Shown one piece after another: positions 31,824-33,036 of a stretch of DNA of 33,036 bases. The position numbers and the translations under genes were made by a program. Position 1 is the stretch's first letter, and every line of letters starts with the position of its first letter. Where the stretch lies: assembly GCA_010027105.1 (NCBI GenBank), contig RGVT01000001.1:1-33036 (forward strand), given 5' to 3'. This stretch comes from Planctomycetia bacterium (GTDB taxonomy: Bacteria; Planctomycetota; Planctomycetia; Pirellulales; UBA1268). Under the pieces are notes generated by a model that did not search any database, was not told the origin of the DNA, and saw only the letters and a program-made list of their open reading frames with translations.

Positions 31824-32287
31824 GCCGGGCGGTCGGCCTGCTGCACGGCCGCGAGCGCCTTGCGCACGTGGTCGGCGGAGGCGAAGAGCGCGCTGAACAC
31901 GAGCCGCACGATCCCCTGCCGGTCGATCACGTAGGTGACGCGGCCGGGAATCACGCCGAGCGGGTTGGGCACGCCGAAGAGCCTGCGCAGCGCGCGATCG
32001 TGGTCGCTGATGATCGGGAAGGGCAGGCGGTGCTTCGCCGCGAAGGCCAGATGGCTGGCGGGCGAGTCGCTGCTCACCCCGATGACCTCGGCCCCGGCCG
32101 CCGTGAACGCCTCGTAGGAGTCGCGAAACGCGCAGGCTTCCTTCGTGCAGACCGGCGTGTTGTCCTTGGGATAGAAGAAGAGCACGACCGTCTTCTTCCC
32201 CACGACGCTCGTGGAGTCGAAGCGGCTGCCATCCTGGAGGACGGCCGAAAACGCGGGGGCGGCATCGCCGACGACAAGGCTGGGCAT
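31820..32287 (-). CDS. bcp: Thioredoxin-dependent thiol peroxidase (peroxiredoxin Bcp)
   Basis: Full-length 155-aa ORF. VVLFFYPKDNTPVCTKEACAFRD contains the peroxidatic Cys motif, followed by VIGVSSDS and PFPIISD. Confidence 0.9.
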   Translation of the reverse strand: MPSLVVGDAAPAFSAVLQDGSRFDSTSVVGKKTVVLFFYPKDNTPVCTKEACAFRDSYEAFTAAGAEVIGVSSDSPASHLAFAAKHRLPFPIISDHDRALRRLFGVPNPLGVIPGRVTYVIDRQGIVRLVFSALFASADHVRKALAAVQQADRPA

Positions 32288-32315
32288 GATGGAATCCTCG
32301 GGCGGGGATTGGGTG

Positions 32316-33036
32316 TCAGCGGTTGACGAGGAAGTGGCAGATGTCGCCGTCGCGCATCACATAGTCCTTCCCCTCGACGCGGAGCTTGCCGGCGGCGCGG
32401 ATGTCCTTTTCCGTGTGATATTGTTCGAGATCCTCGAGCGAGTAGATCTCGGCGCGGATGAAGCCTTTTTCGAAATCGGTGTGGATCACGCCGGCCGCCT
32501 GCGGGGCGAGCGCGCCTACGGGGATCGTCCAGGCACGGACCTCCTTCTCGCCGGCGGTAAAGTAGCTCTGCAGGCCGAGCGTCTTGTAGGCGGCGCGGGC
32601 GAGGGCCGCGAGGGCCGGCTCCTCGAGGCCCGCGCCCGAGAGCATCTCGGCCCGGTCGGCCGGGTCGAGCTCGGCGATCTCGGCCTCGAGCTTGGCGCAC
32701 ACCGGCACGACCTCGGCGCCGGCCTTGGCCGCGGCGGCCCGGACGGCCTCGACGAGCAGGCCTTTCCCTTCGAGGTCGCCCTCGTCGACGTTGGCCACGT
32801 AGAGGATCGGCTTCGCCGAGAGCAGGCCGAACTCCCGCACCGCGTGCTTCTCCGCGTCGTCGAGCACGAGCGTCCGCAGCGGCTTCTGCTCGCCGAGCCA
32901 GGCGAGGCACTTCTTCATCACCTCGACCTTCAGCTTCGCCTCCTTGTCGGCGCTCTTGGCGGCCCGCTCCGCCTTGGGGAGGAGATTCTCGAGGTGCTGG
33001 ATGTCGGCGAGCATGAGCTCGATCTCGATCGTCTCC
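32316..33036 (-). CDS. ychF: Redox-regulated ribosome-binding ATPase YchF (C-terminal about 240 aa; N-terminus lies beyond the window)
   Basis: ..KPILYVANVDE.., TAGEKEVRAWTIPVGALAPQAAGVIHTDFEKGFIRAEI.., GKDYVMRDGDICHFLVNR*. The frame stays open to the window edge (..ETIEIELMLADI). Confidence 0.9.
   Translation of the reverse strand, partial: ETIEIELMLADIQHLENLLPKAERAAKSADKEAKLKVEVMKKCLAWLGEQKPLRTLVLDDAEKHAVREFGLLSAKPILYVANVDEGDLEGKGLLVEAVRAAAAKAGAEVVPVCAKLEAEIAELDPADRAEMLSGAGLEEPALAALARAAYKTLGLQSYFTAGEKEVRAWTIPVGALAPQAAGVIHTDFEKGFIRAEIYSLEDLEQYHTEKDIRAAGKLRVEGKDYVMRDGDICHFLVNR

Overview
This is a 33-kb, very GC-rich window. By hand count, line 9301-9360 is 50/60 GC and line 26581-26640 is 29/60 GC. 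Gene content and the L-x-F-E-x-L-E-x-R-x-x-L-S type N-terminus on a giant secreted protein suggest a Planctomycetota chromosome; this is inference. The core parts (1-24.8 kb and 31.8-33 kb) carry these genes: an MBL hydrolase; rsmH plus a LysM membrane protein; queA; a NUDIX-like gene plus a NifS/IscS-type cysteine desulfurase; IscA/HesB-cobL-PIG-L deacetylase; a putative lipid module (WS/DGAT-like HHxxxDG acyltransferase, membrane GT2, convergent FAR/thioester-reductase-like SDR); an MscS channel; two FAD oxidoreductases; an aldehyde dehydrogenase; a TetR-MFP-RND efflux operon; bcp; and ychF (partial). The accessory part (about 24.9-31.6 kb) is patchily lower in GC. It holds two MazEF-like toxin-antitoxin pairs (one toxin frameshifted), a DUF4160/DUF2442 pair, a stub of a DUF5615/PIN-like gene, an IS91-type transposase remnant, two copies of a 117-130 bp repeat placed directly upstream of the two minus-strand TA cassettes, an orphan PEP-CTERM-type tail, a 1105-aa calpain-like (peptidase C2) multidomain protein, and a spermidine-synthase-like gene split and decayed around inserted TA modules. 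A hairpin-forming REP-like family with core GACAGGCTGAAGC forms tandem arrays exactly at gene 3-prime ends. Three otherwise recognisable genes carry reading-frame disruptions: the WS/DGAT-like gene, the ALDH and one MazF-like toxin. These are either pseudogenes or assembly errors, and read-level data would be needed to decide. Many long ORFs in the supplied track are high-GC shadow frames and were not called.
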